From: Ascidiella aspersa
Lineage: Eukaryota
NCBI GenBank assembly: GCA_963924565.1
Contig: OZ004609.1
Span: 18,786,001 to 18,850,000 of the forward strand
DNA length: 64,000 nucleotides
Direction of reading: 5' to 3'
The notes under the pieces are model-generated. The model was not told where the DNA came from. It saw only the letters and a list, made by a program, of their open reading frames with translations, and made no database searches. Each line of letters opens with the position of its first letter. Positions within the stretch are counted from its first letter, which is position 1. The position numbers and the translations under genes were made by a program. Positions 48,401 through 63,400 of the stretch are shown in pieces.

Positions 48401-51400
48401 ATACCGCAGGCGCGCACAAACCAGGGATGCCCTTACAGCAAATCTAATGCACTTAGATCATTCGTGGGTTTTGACGATAATCCTTGGGGTTTTCACGGAT
48501 AAACCGATATTGCACCCTGTGCATTGGGAATGTGCCTACAGCACAGGTCGAATAATCCGAGCACAAAGTTGGCTGTGTGTTCTTTAAAAAATGTTGCTTA
48601 CAAAAATGTTAACCGGTGTATTTTTTGTTATAAAAATTCCAATCGTTTGAATAAATTTTATCTTAAAACATTTTTGTGCTTATATTTTAACTATCAACAA
48701 GTGTTTACTCAGCAGACAAGAAGGATAGCGCATAAATTTCACAAGTAAGGGCCAAGATGACGGACGGTTGAGAAATTTAAAAAATCCTTTCGGTCGTGCT
48801 TCGTCTTAGAGCGTTAAACGCCAACCGCATATTTGCACTGCTTAAGGAGACGAAATATGTGCCTAAATAAAGGGTTGTTTGCGTCCTTAGGGTGTGCGAT
48901 AAAGTGAAATACTTGAGAATGAGATCAAATGAGATACTTCTAGGGAAATTAGTAGACAGTAAAAAACAATGATCAAAGGTTATCATCGCTTCACTATCCC
49001 GATTTATCTACCTAACTGCACAAGCTTAATAACAAATGACATCAGTTATTTACGACAAAAGTTTCTGCCTGTTGACAAGTTTCAACCAACACAAACTCTA
49101 TAAATCAATATATCCCTCAAGTGCCTTTTTACACTTTCATCCGTTTCCAATACAAAGGAGCATTGAATATTAAGCAGATTCGAGCTATTGTCAGAGCGAT
49201 CTAGCAGGGTCACCAGTTCGCCCTACGTAAAGCCCAAAGCCCTGCTGCTTGTCAATATTGGTCGTGTCACTTAACTAAACAGCAGTTACTTAAAGAGCAC
49301 AAAGTTGAATTGTCCGTTCGATGCGATGTTTGTCGTATTTGCACTTTTACCATTTTAAGGAGCATCGACATGTCTTGAATTTCTCGGTAAACAGCAGGAC
49401 ATTGGTGATGTTTTATGGCTATTTCATAACCCATTTTGGCGCCCCAATAAACTTAAGCAACTTTCTATGGGAGGTTATATAACAAACAAGTGTCCTATTT
49501 TTTGCAAACATTTTCATATGGTTTTGGATTTATTTCAGGGCATCAAAGCGATGTGAAAGTTTTACAGTGCAATTTTGTGTTTGAGTGTGTTGGTAGAAGT
49601 TTATTTATCAACAAGTTCGGTAGCCATTGAAGAAATAGTGGTTTTCTGAAAGTTGCACTACGTTGGACCAACGTATCACTGGGCAGTTAATACAGCTTAC
49701 TAAGCTGTAAGTCCATTTGAATTCTATCTTTTCTGTAATCAGTACAAGTTTTGCAACAATCATGTACAACAACCCAGTTAAAAATCTCACAGGAGTATCG
49801 ATCGAAAAATGAGATGAAATTAATTGCTTTTAAACCAGCTAGCAAACGCATTTTCGTCACACCGTTTTACAGACGACTTGCTAAATTTTTCATGTCAATT
49901 TAAGATAAACACGTCAGTGCCGAATTTCCAAGCTTGCGCAGTGCATGAGCATTGCATAAATACGCAAAGCAACTGGAACTGGTTGCAAAACTTCGCAAGC
50001 AAAATGTCAGAAGCGCGCAGATTAATTGTCTTCACATTTCATGCCTCAAACAATTAGATGGGCAACAAAACTATCGTTTACGTTTGTATATTGATTAACG
50101 CAAATAACTAACTGTGGGCTAGGTATATGGACAAATTGGGTGTCTTTTGAAAACCTTGTCAAAAGGCAGGTAATCGCATAAAATAGGAAATAATTCGTTG
50201 CTTCAAAGTAAGACCTTTGTTAACGATTTAGAACTTTTCGACAGAGAACTGTTATTTTATGTGTCCAGCTTTTTTTCAAAGAAAACACAGCAGTTCAGAG
50301 TTTTATCGCTAAAGAAATAACAACGTTTGACAAATAGAGAGGTTATATGGCAACGTTGTCAGAAAACTAATTTCTTTTAATGGCATTGGGCCAAATAAAA
50401 CTGAAAGTTAACGACCTTTTTTAGGTTCGGTCACATGAAGTTTTGTATTGTTGACTGTAAACGCACTGCCTTAATTCTAATTATACGGATTGTTGTGTAA
50501 AAACACTATCACTTGGGGGTAAAAAATCGCAAATTGTATAAAACAATCGAGAATAGCTCATTGAACTCAAAGGGGTTGTATTATATGTTATTCTTGCAAC
50601 TTTTTTAGTTGTTATTGTAAACGGTCAGTCGAGTCCGTTTTTACGTCATATAAACTTTACCATTTTAATGGGCCACGCAGATAAGCAGCTTTTCGCTTTT
50701 AAGTTGCCCTGGTAATTTACAGGGAGCGCGCTGTCGGTTCTTAATTATTATCTGTATAACGACAAGTAAAGTTTAGGTTAACTCGTGGCATATGATGAGC
50801 TTTACCGCAAATCGATTTAACGTTTAAATTTTTTGTTTACGACCTACAATCGACTAACGGAAAGGGTTTAAAGGTTTGTCTTAAATATATAGCCAAACAA
50901 GTTTTATAAGTGACAAAATGCTCAGGATGCACACTGGTGACAAACCGGTGAACGAAACCAGGCACAAAATAGCCCTATTGCAGCGCGTTTCCTCAGTCAT
51001 GCACGTCCGGTCAATGGTTCACCAAAAGCGCAGCAGAGAACCTCTCACACCCCTTAACGCAACACGAACGCCGGCAAAACTTTTCGAGACTCGTTTACCT
51101 TGGGGCAGTTCAAACTGGCTGTCGTGCTTGCGCAGCATAACGCGCAGTGCTACGTCATGACGGTGGTGGCGGTTGGCCCAAGAGGAAGAGGTATGGGACG
51201 AACCGCTGCAGCAGGCTGCTACCAAGGCCTCGTTGAGCAAGTGGGAGCCACTTCGAAACCTCGGCTCAGAAACCGGCTGACTTGCAATGTAGGACGCTTC
51301 AAGGTCGCTTGGGTAAGCGGCAACCGCGCATGAACACATTATTGCCACCAACGGTAATGGTGGTGATGATTGTGGTGATAATGGGCACAGCGCCCCTTCA

Positions 51401-54400
51401 ATGACACGGATTGCTTAATTTTACTTCCGCCAGAAAGTGCCTATAGTGTTGCACGAGCGGCAACCACTCGTCACGTAAATATACATGCACAATCTGACCT
51501 ACTGATTAAATACATGTGTTAGGGATTATTACGTCTAGTAAAGCAACAAACTGAAAATATTTCTATGGCATATTAAAATCATTCTTCCTCATTCGTTAAG
51601 CATTGCTGGTTTTTGATAACACCAGAACTCATACTTTAAACAAAACTGCTTAGTTAATCAAATACTGTGACTCGCTAAAGTTATAACTTTAAAGGTGCAT
51701 TTACCTCAAGCAACCGAATCGTATTGTCAACTATGAAACAAGGTGAATACATCCTGTCATTAACAGCACTTGGCAGAAAAGGTACCCCAGGAAACAATAC
51801 AGGGGTGGCAGTGACGCCTATGGGTAATTCCTAAAAAACGTCGTTCAGCTTTGTAATGCACTTCAAACGATTGCTGCTCATTCATAAATAATTAAGTACC
51901 GTTAAAATCCAATTGGCCTAATTACACCTGCTACCGTGAAACTAGGAAACAGACTGAAGCTGGCGTGGAGTTTTTTGAGCAAGGTACAATGAACTAGATG
52001 GTCGTTGCAAAACAGCCCCAGTCAAACGTTAGCGAAAGCAAGTGGCGGATGACTAAGAATAGGGCAGAATTGGACTGCATTTGCAAGATACGCGTCACGA
52101 TGTCATACGGCGACTGCATTAAGATACAAAATCTATGAAACAAATGCAAACAAGGCAGTATGGCGTAAACACGACCCTTTAACTGTCGCACGTTTACGAC
52201 TCGGTGACCGCAAAACTAAAAAGCTCACTTTATCAATGAAATGGCAGTTTACTAAGGGTTAAACAGTAGTAATGCTGTTGGACTACCAGGCCTGGTTGCC
52301 GTACAAACAAAAAGTAATTTCGTCGAGTCTTTTTCATTCCTCTGATAGTGGCTAGCACGATAATATTCACAAGAGAAGACTATATATGCAGCTTATAGGA
52401 GCGAAGGTTTAGCGCCTGTCTGTAGATGAAGGGCACTGGTATGATGCTTCTAATCTCAGCTACGTTACGCAACGTTCAAAGTTGAGCCTCATCTGATTCA
52501 TCGGACAATCGAGCAGAAATCTGATTGCTATTGATTGCCCAGCACCGCGTGTGCCGTGCATGCCACAAACTGCTAAACGTAAGCAGAGCGATGCGTGATG
52601 CCTTATAAGGCGCGCCTGACCATTCGGGACAGCAGTGTCAAAAGCATTAACGTTGCCGAGGTTCGTTAAGCCAAAACCGCGACAACGCAGGTAGTCGACT
52701 GTAACATCGAGTACATGCAAACCACATAAAACCTACTTCACGAACTAAAACTATTGTTAGAATAAACGTCATGGAAAATGTAGATCCCACAATCGTAGCA
52801 CTACGGCCAAAGCTTGTCATAAAAACAAGGTTCACAACACTTGAACAATACTAACAATTTCACCCTATTTGCAAAAACAGTTTATTTTATTTTTATGCCA
52901 TGCGACTAGGTTCACACAAGCAACTTCGATATTGTAGAAAGGCAAATATTTTCTGGCACACCTGCACTAAGCTATCTAATCCTGCCTTCCAAAGCCAATA
53001 AGAAGCGGTCGAAAAGTACTTGACAGCACGCTGTGTTATGGTCATAAATGCATAAAGGCTAGTCCTAGGCTAAACCTCAAGCAGTTTAGGAGACCGACGC
53101 CTAATTGTTTTACAAGAGGCGTGGCGGGTTAGACGGAGATTTCTACAATAATCGCAGTGTTATGAACGGCGCAAAGAGTCAACATGCGAGTCGACCCCCG
53201 AGTTCTAGCTCTTTAACTTAACACACGTTGGGTTAACGCATAGGCAAGTAAGAGGGCGTTGACAGAAACTTCATTGAATATTCCAAAGACACACTTATTT
53301 CAATATCTTGCCATAAAAAAGGAAGATTTACGATTTAATGAGAAAACTGGCAGATTAGGCCTGTTCAAAATGGAGCAATGGAGCAAAATTAACCTCTACT
53401 CTTTTAAAGGAGTTAGTTCTAACAAGATCAACTAATTACTGGTCGAATCCTTATAACTAAATTTCACTTTTTATACACACCGATTGATTTAAAACAATAG
53501 GTGTCAAATGTGAGCTTTAGCTATACCAAGGGGGTGATAGGGAACGTTTAAAACTTGTTGGGCACCCATAAATAAATCCGATTGGTAGACTGTAGAAAAT
53601 GCCAACAACAAATATATTCCTATTGTGCACACAGCCCTGAAAGAATGTAATAACACAGTAGAATAACAGTCCCGCAAAAAAAAAACATTTGACGTTTCTC
53701 AACTTTACAACCGAACAACACTGGCGTTATAGTTCTCAAAGTGCACCAAACAAGGCGCAGTGACGCATCGAGATTCACGCTCCCTGCTTGTTGGATCACA
53801 TATTGCGGATAATCAGATGCAAGCGCTAGCTTGTCCTAACTGTCCTAATCCGGTACGATTGCAGTAAACACCAAGTACACAGGAAAAGTCGAAGTTTATT
53901 GTTCCTCGATTGGGACAATATGTTTCTATAAGCAAGGCGCGTTTATACTAACATCTCTATGTATAACGACAAAACAAATGGCACGTACGATTCTTTTTTT
54001 GTAATTTCCGAAAGTTATCGTCGAAAGTGGTCTGGTCAGCTTGACACAAACTGTTCGCGTGGCGTTAGTTTTCACTAAAATCACGCCAATCTTTTCAGAA
54101 AGCAGTATTCTAAATGTAGCTGACGCCTTTTGAACAAACAACTGGCTGGTTGAACTCCAACGCTGACCCGCCCAATAACGAAGGAAATTTTCTTCGTAAA
54201 GTCAGCGGCGGCGAAGCACATCAACGGGAGAGCGGGCAGTAACCAGCAATAGACAGAAAGCGAATCGGCATGGCTGTCTGACTGGGAGTGTGGGGTTTCA
54301 ACTTTATGCCTTGCTTTGCGCTTGACCAAATATGAGCTCATCTTACTTACTGCACAACAACGAGCGGGAAACGGTGTCGTAGTTCGGTCGGGTACAACAT

Positions 54401-57400
54401 GTTTCTTTTTTCTTTTAAAACCTTTCGTCTTTTTGTTTTTCGCTTGAATGATTAAATACGTTTTGCCACAGAAAGCAAAGTAGTACACGTGAACTGCTGG
54501 GCTGGAGACAACTGACATCTAAATGCTGTTTACAAACTAAATATTACCTGCCGCGCATAGAACAAACAGCGAATCTCGGTATTAATTTCCCGCCATTAAA
54601 TATATAAGGACAGCCATTGCCTTCGATGTAATAGAATAAGTGCACGTTGCGTAGTCATTAGTTACACGACGAACAAAATCATATAATTTACAAGACAAAG
54701 AATATTATATTATAATTATTATCTCTTGCGAATGTTACAAGGGAACGGTCTACTTTCGACTGTCAATATGCATTTACACTTTGGTGAACTGTTCGATCTT
54801 ATTCAGTAAACATTCCTGGGAACGAAATTTGCAGAAAACAGGTTGCACAGCCTGTTCTAACATACATACAGTTTGTGTAGCAAGTAGTAGGGCTTCCTCA
54901 CTGACTGCCTCCGTTGCAAACTTACAACACGGGTACGAAAGTGCACCCGAGAGAAACGCTGGGCTTCCATGAGACGAACAAAGCAAACAAGGGAACGCGC
55001 CACTTGACCGACGTTGTCTAATCGCGGGCAAACAAAAGACTCTGGAGTGACTTTTTAATTGACTGAAAGCAGCATCAGCAGTCTGTTTAGCGCACGGCGT
55101 TTTGTGGACAAGCGTGGGGAGGTTAACTATTCGTTAACCTCGTTTATACGAGTGACGAGTGGCGACCTTTGTGTTCGGTAGTAATTTGAAAGGTGTGTAC
55201 TCTACACTACGGGTATATAATTCAAATAAAATATAACCAACTAAACAATCAACGGATTCGCCAACTTTTTTGACCTCGAACCTCTATTTGTCAACATTTT
55301 AGTTTACACATGGCCTTAACGCAATCGTGAGAATCTACGCAAAATAATTCAAATAAAGCTTTGTCCAAAATTAAAAACACGCCAAAATAACTATAAATCA
55401 AACTGCTTATAAAAGTTGAGTTGGTCGAGTGTGCCGATACTGCTTTAGACACCATCGAAACTGAAATGAAGTGGTCTTAGCGATCGTTTTTGGGAGATAA
55501 GGAGGTTTTAATAGGCTTTCAAACGGTCTCCCAAAACAATATATTGCCTTCTCCATCCGTCTTACGATGGATTTACCAAAACCATAGCCATTTTACATAG
55601 CAACCGGTAAACCAGTAAGAGCAAACCGAAAAAGGGTGCAACAACGTTACAACATGAAAGGGAACAACCAAAAGTAAGAGCCAGACAAATAAATATTCAG
55701 CAAGAAAACTGGCCAATTGCCTTTACAAAGAGAATGAGAGAAACAAAAAAAAGAACGCAGAAACCCCGAGCCTTCGTCACAAGATCGCTTCCAGATATTG
55801 CATCCTTACTATGGACAAACAAGGCGATTTCCCGCTTACAGCACACACAAGTCACGAAATTATCTGTTGACATCAAAATCGGATTTTATATTCGCTGGAT
55901 GAGCATAACAACATTGAAAAGGCCACAATTTGGTTGCAGCATCAGTTTGAAATGGATTAGTTATCGCGACTTACATTAAAACATTTTGTTTTGAAATTAA
56001 GTTAGTACAACAGACGATTGCCGAACAAAAATTAGCAAATTTAACGTTTAATTTTAAACGACTTTTTAGACATAAGTTCCAGTTAACAAATAGGTCATCT
56101 GTTCTCATTTAACTTTATATTAAAATGTCTGTACAACTTGTATGCCAAACTGCAACTCTATTTACTAATCTGGAACAAGTATCATTGTAAAGCAAACTTG
56201 CACGTTTAATGTTCCTTAGGGCAACACCTTTTTTGGAGAGCGGTAAATTATGCACTAGCTACTAGCATGTTATCTCTTATAGTACGATCTAGTCTAGAGT
56301 TTACTCTAGATAGATCGAAGCAGCGAACAACAACAACGCAACAACAACAATCCTCCGACTAAACCCTTCGTTAATTAAACTGAGCGCGAAGTGAAACGCA
56401 GGCGCTCCATTTTTAGATGAATCCGTGGCACGGCAAGCGTTTTAAGCCACCTCGTCTGCTCATTAGCGGGAAGGCTGCGGATTGGAAAAGCGCTGTCGCT
56501 ACAAAAATACCAAAAAACAAACTAACGGGTTTTCTGTCGTCCGTCTGTCGCTTATTGGACGCAGCCAGCGCTCGCGTTACGTTATTTACTTGGCGTTAAA
56601 TACACGTTGGATGCACCGCACTCTACTGACGTAACTGAATCTACAGGAATAAACAGTTAGCACTTTGTAAACTGCAACAACTTACAAACCTACAGGACTT
56701 GTCGGCAACAAAATACCAATGGAAAGGAATTTTCTTAAGAGTTGACATTGAACACCGCAAACAATTGAGTTCAACATCGAGTGGCGGTGATTTCTTTGAG
56801 AGCAAATATCAGGAATGTAGATGAGATGCCAAGGAAGGTATTTTCTCTTGTGACCGCAATGCAAATCGCTTGCGTTACTCGGTCTGTGCCTGGATGACGC
56901 GGAACTGCCCAGCAAAGGGTGATGAGTTCAATAACTTTAAATAGATAACCAACCAGCTGTTTAGGCCGCATGTAAAATCGAATTAAAATTCGAGGTTGTT
57001 TACAACGCGCTGTTTACCAATTTTCCGCCGAATTATAGTTAAATGACTTTACAGAAACACACACCCTTGTCGTATTAGGTAGATTTAAAATTTCAAAATG
57101 TTACGTGCCTTACGCTACCTACATGAACAATTCAGTTAGGCGTCAAAAAACGTATGATGGGTGGTAAGCTATCTAAAAACTGCATAAATCTGCAACCTAC
57201 ACATCAACATGCAGATATGATATAATAATTGCGTCCATAAAACATAACGAATATAGCCCACGCCAAATGTCTTCCATATAAATCGGATGATCCTGTTCAT
57301 TGAGTGACGTGACTTCTTAGAGTCATAATTTAAGTGCGTTATCTAAGTGAATTCAACCAAGTGAGCCGCCCAGATTTTTCTATCTTGAAGGCAGCCTACA

Positions 57401-60400
57401 AACTTTCTTAACAGCATTTCCAGCTTCTCGAATTTCAGAGCAACCAAAAAGGGGGTCAAACTGTACATTGAACAATGATTTTGTTTGACTAAACATTTAA
57501 AATGCTGATTTCCGTGAGATATGACCAAACGTGGTTTTACTGTGAAACTTGAAGCTGGCTACGAAATATATTTTTTTATGACTGAAAGAAAAAAACTGAT
57601 AAAGGCTACATCGAAACTTTTTTTAGCATTTTTAATACTTCATAGTTAATAAAATCGTCGACATCTTCTTGATTAACCTTAAACTAAAAACCCTTCCAAC
57701 TGACAAACCAATCAGAAAAACAAAAACATTCGGGTATTTCAGTAATAACTTCTCAGTCTGAAACTGACGCGCAGCGACCTACCTCATAGAACTGAATTTG
57801 AAAAACAGACGGCCACAGCTTGACGTCACACAAACTCTATCCAAAGATTTGGCACGTCACAGGCTGTCGTAGGCATATTGCGACGAAGTGATCACGAGTG
57901 AACAAGCGGGGATTTACCGGGCATTAGAATTCCTACTAAATGGCTGTTTGACCTTAGCGCAATTTAAGCAACTAAAACTTGTGCTTGCTGTTTACGTCTG
58001 GCGCAACTTCTTTCCCGAATGTTGGTTTAAATCACTTCATTTGCGCAAATAGCATACGACTGTAAAGGTGTTAAATAAAAGATTTTGTGTCAGTTTTTGA
58101 TAAAGCCCAGATTAAATATTGCTAAATATTCCTCCCTAAGTTTTCAAAGCTTGAGTTAACCGTAAAAATGCCAACAATATATCTAACACTTTTCCAATAC
58201 ATAGCTAAGTATGAAATGTATGATGGTGGGCGAAAATACAGCTTGTGCATCATCACTACCATGTCACCGTAGTAAATTTTGAAAAAAACGTGTTACGCGT
58301 AAACTGTCCTTTCCAGGTTTACCGGAAATATGTTAAACCCGAGCGGCATTTCGTTTGGGTCTCTCGGCTTGTCGAGCGTCAACGGGCCAACTAGTTGCGT
58401 CATACTTCCCGATGCGATCAATTTAAGGCCAAACTTGTATGAACGCATGTGCTGAAACTGTGCAACCCGAAAAACCTCATTTCATCGAAAAAGGAGTTAC
58501 TTTATTTGACGTGATTTGGCTTAAAACATGTTTGTTACTGTGAATATTACTAATTTTTATCGTTTTGCTGCACTGAACATTTTTAACTCATTTTTGGGAC
58601 CTATATTATATTTTTCAATATTAATTTTATATATTGCAAATTTTAAAACATTAGCAACCTAAAGTAACTGTTGTGCGATAAGTTAAACGCGATTCTGCCA
58701 GTATACATATAATTTTAACATAACCATCACACAACACATTGTATCAGAAGCATTAATCCTTTTTCTATTTCAGTATCCCAATTCATGAACGCTTTCCCGT
58801 ATAGCGTACAACTTCATTAATTGGACAACAAAGTACTCATTGTCCTGACGACAAGAAATGAACGGCCAAACTCGAAAGTAGCACGAAGTTGCCACGCAGC
58901 GTTTTTTCTGCACTTGGCAACTCGGGCAGGTGCCGGCGGTCTCCCGGAAAGTGATCGGCTAGAAAATGCCACACTAGCCTATTTGGACCGAGCAGCTTTG
59001 CCTAACCTTACACGGCGTTTCGCTTGGTTGTCCGCAGCGTTCCCCTGGGTCTTAAGTAAGTACATCTTCGCTTCGCTGGTTGCAACCTCCATGTTCAAAG
59101 ATAGGAACGATTTTCGTGCAACACATTGCGAGCAACAAAGGGTGATATGCGCATCAGATTCGCATTTACACTTTGCGATACTGAGTGAAACCATTTGGAC
59201 AGAAATATACGTCAGCAATATATAAACCGGCTAGTTTTTATTCGATCAGTTACCTTGGTGCAAGAAAAAAACGTTTGTTCACTGCCAATGTTAACGACTG
59301 ACGAGGAATGTTTACAGATGTAATTTATACTTGTAAAACCGTTGGGTAGTGGCCTGCAATTTCCAAGGGTTATACTCTATTTAAAACAAATGCAAGTCAA
59401 TTTCAACTAGATCACCATTTCTTCAAGACAACGATAAACAAAATAACCTTTTCAAATACTAATAAAGCACTAGGTTCCAATCCTACGTCAGCCTAATATA
59501 TTACAGCACCATACTACCCAAACCTCTTACACATATACACCAATACCACAGTCTAAAAACACCATGTATTTAGTATACCTACAAGTACAAACACCACGGG
59601 CACAACATTAGCAACTCTTCTTACTGTAATTTGGAGAAATTTCTGAAAGAGACAGTAACAGACTCCAAACGCCTGCCTTTTCTGACAGCGAAGCCGCGAG
59701 GCATAACTAGGATCAGCACACAACTTATAATAGTGAGCTAAGGAATGTACAACAAAATTCCCAGGTTGAATTGTTACATTCATTGAAATACAGCGATTCA
59801 TCTTAGAGATAAACTTGACAGGACCATGAATAAATACAATAATAATCTTGGGATTGGCAACAATGTGTAGCGATTGTCCCTTACTTAAAGCTAATGCTTT
59901 TATAACTGTTTAAACTTTTATCTAGTTTTCCTTTGCAACATATCGCAAAACACAAACTGTTTTTGGTTCAAATTCAAATCAGAGCGTTTTTTGTACATTC
60001 TTTCTTTGTAACAATTAAGAAAACACACAAATTTCTCGAAAAATCAGTTTCGTTGACCCGACAAAAGCTTGCAATGCGTTCTAATTATAGCTGCATAAGT
60101 TTATTCTACAGTCTAAAGGTCTAAAAAGGTAAAACTCAATTAAAGCGCAATACCACACAATGGGGTAAGTCGTTCGACTCGCTATTTGCCACAGATGGTA
60201 TGCGCAGCAATAACACCATAGTCATTACATCCGCTGACTCGAATAGCTTTATACGAAGCGTAATCAACGACTTAGTGGCGATGCAGCGAAACTATGAATC
60301 AAAACGATTTTATTTGTTCAAGTATTCAGACATTCAAACTTGGGTCAAACATGTGACATTTCAAACTTGGGCCTATTTACGCTGCTAAGAGAGTTCTTTG

Positions 60401-63400
60401 AATGGGTAAATGTATGAGCTCTTGTATTTTTAATCTCGACCTAATGTACCAGGCCGATATCTACAGTGATTAGTGTCACTGGTCACTGGTGAACCCAAAA
60501 GAAAGTCAAGTTCAAAAAGGTCATAAAACCACCTTGGATAGACTATTGTGCGTTCAACTTCACCTTATTTTTTGGTTCATACAAAGTACCGAAAAACCGT
60601 GTATTTGCCTACAGTATTGTATAATTAATCAGTGACGTTCAATACTAAATTTAATAAAATATTTTGCATGGTTAAAAAATCAACGCAATCATCTCGATCT
60701 AAAATATTTGTTCGAAAAAACAATTTGGTGTACTTTCAGAACTTTATCGTACCTTAAAAAAGTAACCATGCGCTTTTCATAAAACATAGTAAACGTACGG
60801 CGGCAATATTAAGCGACTGGCTATTTGTAGTGAACTCCCGTTAAAACAGCGAAATACAGGGCATTAAAAGATTAGTTGACTTTTTTCTGTATGAATAAGT
60901 CGACATACCTCCAAACTTCTTGACGATTTGTAAGTTGTCAGTGGCGAGACTCGTCTGTCTGGGCAGAATCAGAGCGGCTCCTTTAACGGCGAAGAAGTTC
61001 TCGCTCACGCTTCTGACAGTCGAAATGTGATTTGATTAGTTGCTCTTATTATTAGATTGCTCTTCTCTTACGACTGCCTAACAAGCACGTTTGGTCTAAG
61101 GAGTGTCATGACTCATGTAGAATATAAATTTAGTAGAATTATCGAACTCGAAGAAAATTAATTCACATAAAACAATCTTACCCTAAAAGAAACGTTACTA
61201 ATTAGTGTTTGGGAATTGACAGGTTTACTTATCCATATATAGTTCTGTCCTTCACTAATCAATTTATGAGTAGGGGTGTTCAAAGTAGTATATCGAATCC
61301 AATTCTGCCGTTTATTTCGGGTAATTGGAACCGATATCATTTAATGTTTTACCGCCGATTGTTGCGCCTAATTGCACAAACGCGTGTGGTAAGTTGGCCT
61401 GTCGCTGCGGCGACCAATTTACAGGGCTTGCTTTAAATGTAGCCTGGTAGTGCAGTGTCAGCGTTTTTTCGGGCGACCAATTACCGCGTCTCGCGATAAC
61501 TTTCGTCTAATAATTAAGTGTCAATCAAGCATTATTGGGCGAGCGACTAACGTGTAATGTCTGGTGTGGAGTTCGCAATTGCCCTAAATGCGTTAAGTTG
61601 CAAAAGTAATATTACGTTGTAAAACGTTCTGGCCGTCTACAAAATGCGCTATAGGGTTACTCAAGGTCAACTTTAGGCCAATATTCAGCGAGGTTATGCA
61701 GTTATGCACAGCGTAATTGTCAAGAATTCGTTATGTCAATAGTAAATTTGTATTCTTTGCAGTACATTATTTGACTGCATAACAGATCATGTTGGTCAAA
61801 AAAGAAGCACTAAAACCCAACAATGCTTTAAAAAACAGGACCGAATCGCTTAAGACTTCTGTGTGCAGACTGTGCAGTGTTTCATTGTACTCACTATTGG
61901 CAAAAATATAAGTTTTGGCAACAACCTGGACAGTTGACATATTACAGTTTACAGAACTGCAACTGACAGTTGTTAAGAATGTTAAACATATGGGAGATTT
62001 TTTTATTATAATGTACACATGTTAGCAAATTGTTTGGGCGATTTATTGCTGTGATTGTAGGCCCTGTGGGGTAGATTAAGATTAATCCCTTCCCCAAACA
62101 AAACCAAGGTTATATAATTTAATAAAAATATACTAGGATTCGCTATTCTGGATTCGTTATTCTAGATTCGAAACCTATTATTCTAGAATACCTTGGGATT
62201 CTACTTTGAACATCCCTATTTATGAGTAAAGTTTTTAAAAGGTATATTAAAGCATTTAAATAAACCTTGGTCGAAAAGTCATTCTTCAGTCACAAGACAC
62301 AATTTCAGTCGTTTATTGCTGTGCTGCACCAAATGTAAAATCAGTATGCTGAACATATATCGCTAAACTTTAAGTGTTGCTATTTATTGTTACACCAACA
62401 AGATTATAAATAACCGATATATTTCTATAACACGTTGTGCAGGACTGGCCACATTTTAGACGTGAACCATATTATATTTTTAATATTCGAAAGTTTAAAG
62501 TTCGTGTTAAAAATGCCAATTAAGTTTTACGCTTTTAGTTTTCTGCTAAATGACCGTTACCAAGAAATATTCTTGATGCATCCGGTTTGGTAATACCATA
62601 TACAAACTAACTTATATCAAGGGACGATTCCAGTGCAGTGCCCAAGTGGCGCTGGGTGTTTCGCATAGTACGCGTCCGCAAAAAAGCTTGCTTAATGAGG
62701 ACATCTAGTGTTTTCATAAAATGGTATTTTTTGCAGCCAGCAAGCACGCGAAAAAGTTAAATGCAAAACACCACTTGCGACTGAACAGGAAGTAAAAGGG
62801 AACGGCGAGCAACAGTATTTAATCTATACAGCCGTGACCGGCGTCACGCTGATGACGTCAGCAGGCGTTTCCTTGACTGAAGTAAATTTTGTGACCTGCT
62901 TAACCTTTTTCTCATGCGGGTAGGTGGAGGGAGGTTGGATACACGAGATTTCGGGCATACATTATTAATTGGAAGTTAAATGCAAACCGAAGTTGAACAC
63001 GCGTCTCTGTATTTTGTTGGCAGAATGGTTGGAAATGGTTATAAGGTGGCTTAATTACAGTTTATACCCAAATAGGATTATACCGTAACATCTTGTAACA
63101 TCCTTATTTGTAGCAACAGTGTTATAATGATTAAGCTATCAGAAGCAAAAACCTCAAATAAACAAATTTTATAAAATAAAAAAAAAGAGACAAACTAATA
63201 CACCAGTTACTGATAATATTTACCAATATTCATTTGCATACCGATATATCGGCATCTGTAAATTTGTTTGACATTTTTGCTGATATCTTCCTATTATTAT
63301 GCTCTCGGCCTCAAAACCCAAATAATTTTCTAATTTAGTTCAAAACTGTTTTTTTTTCTAAACATTTAGTTTGAAAAAAGTTTCTAAATGTTTAGTTTGT

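Noticed and set aside
54081-59225. Intronic ORFs 54081-54518, 54774-55031 and 58979-59218 as extra SSH exons
   Set aside because: I found no convincing phase-1 donor compatible with exon 48085-48149 and no SSH-like sequence.
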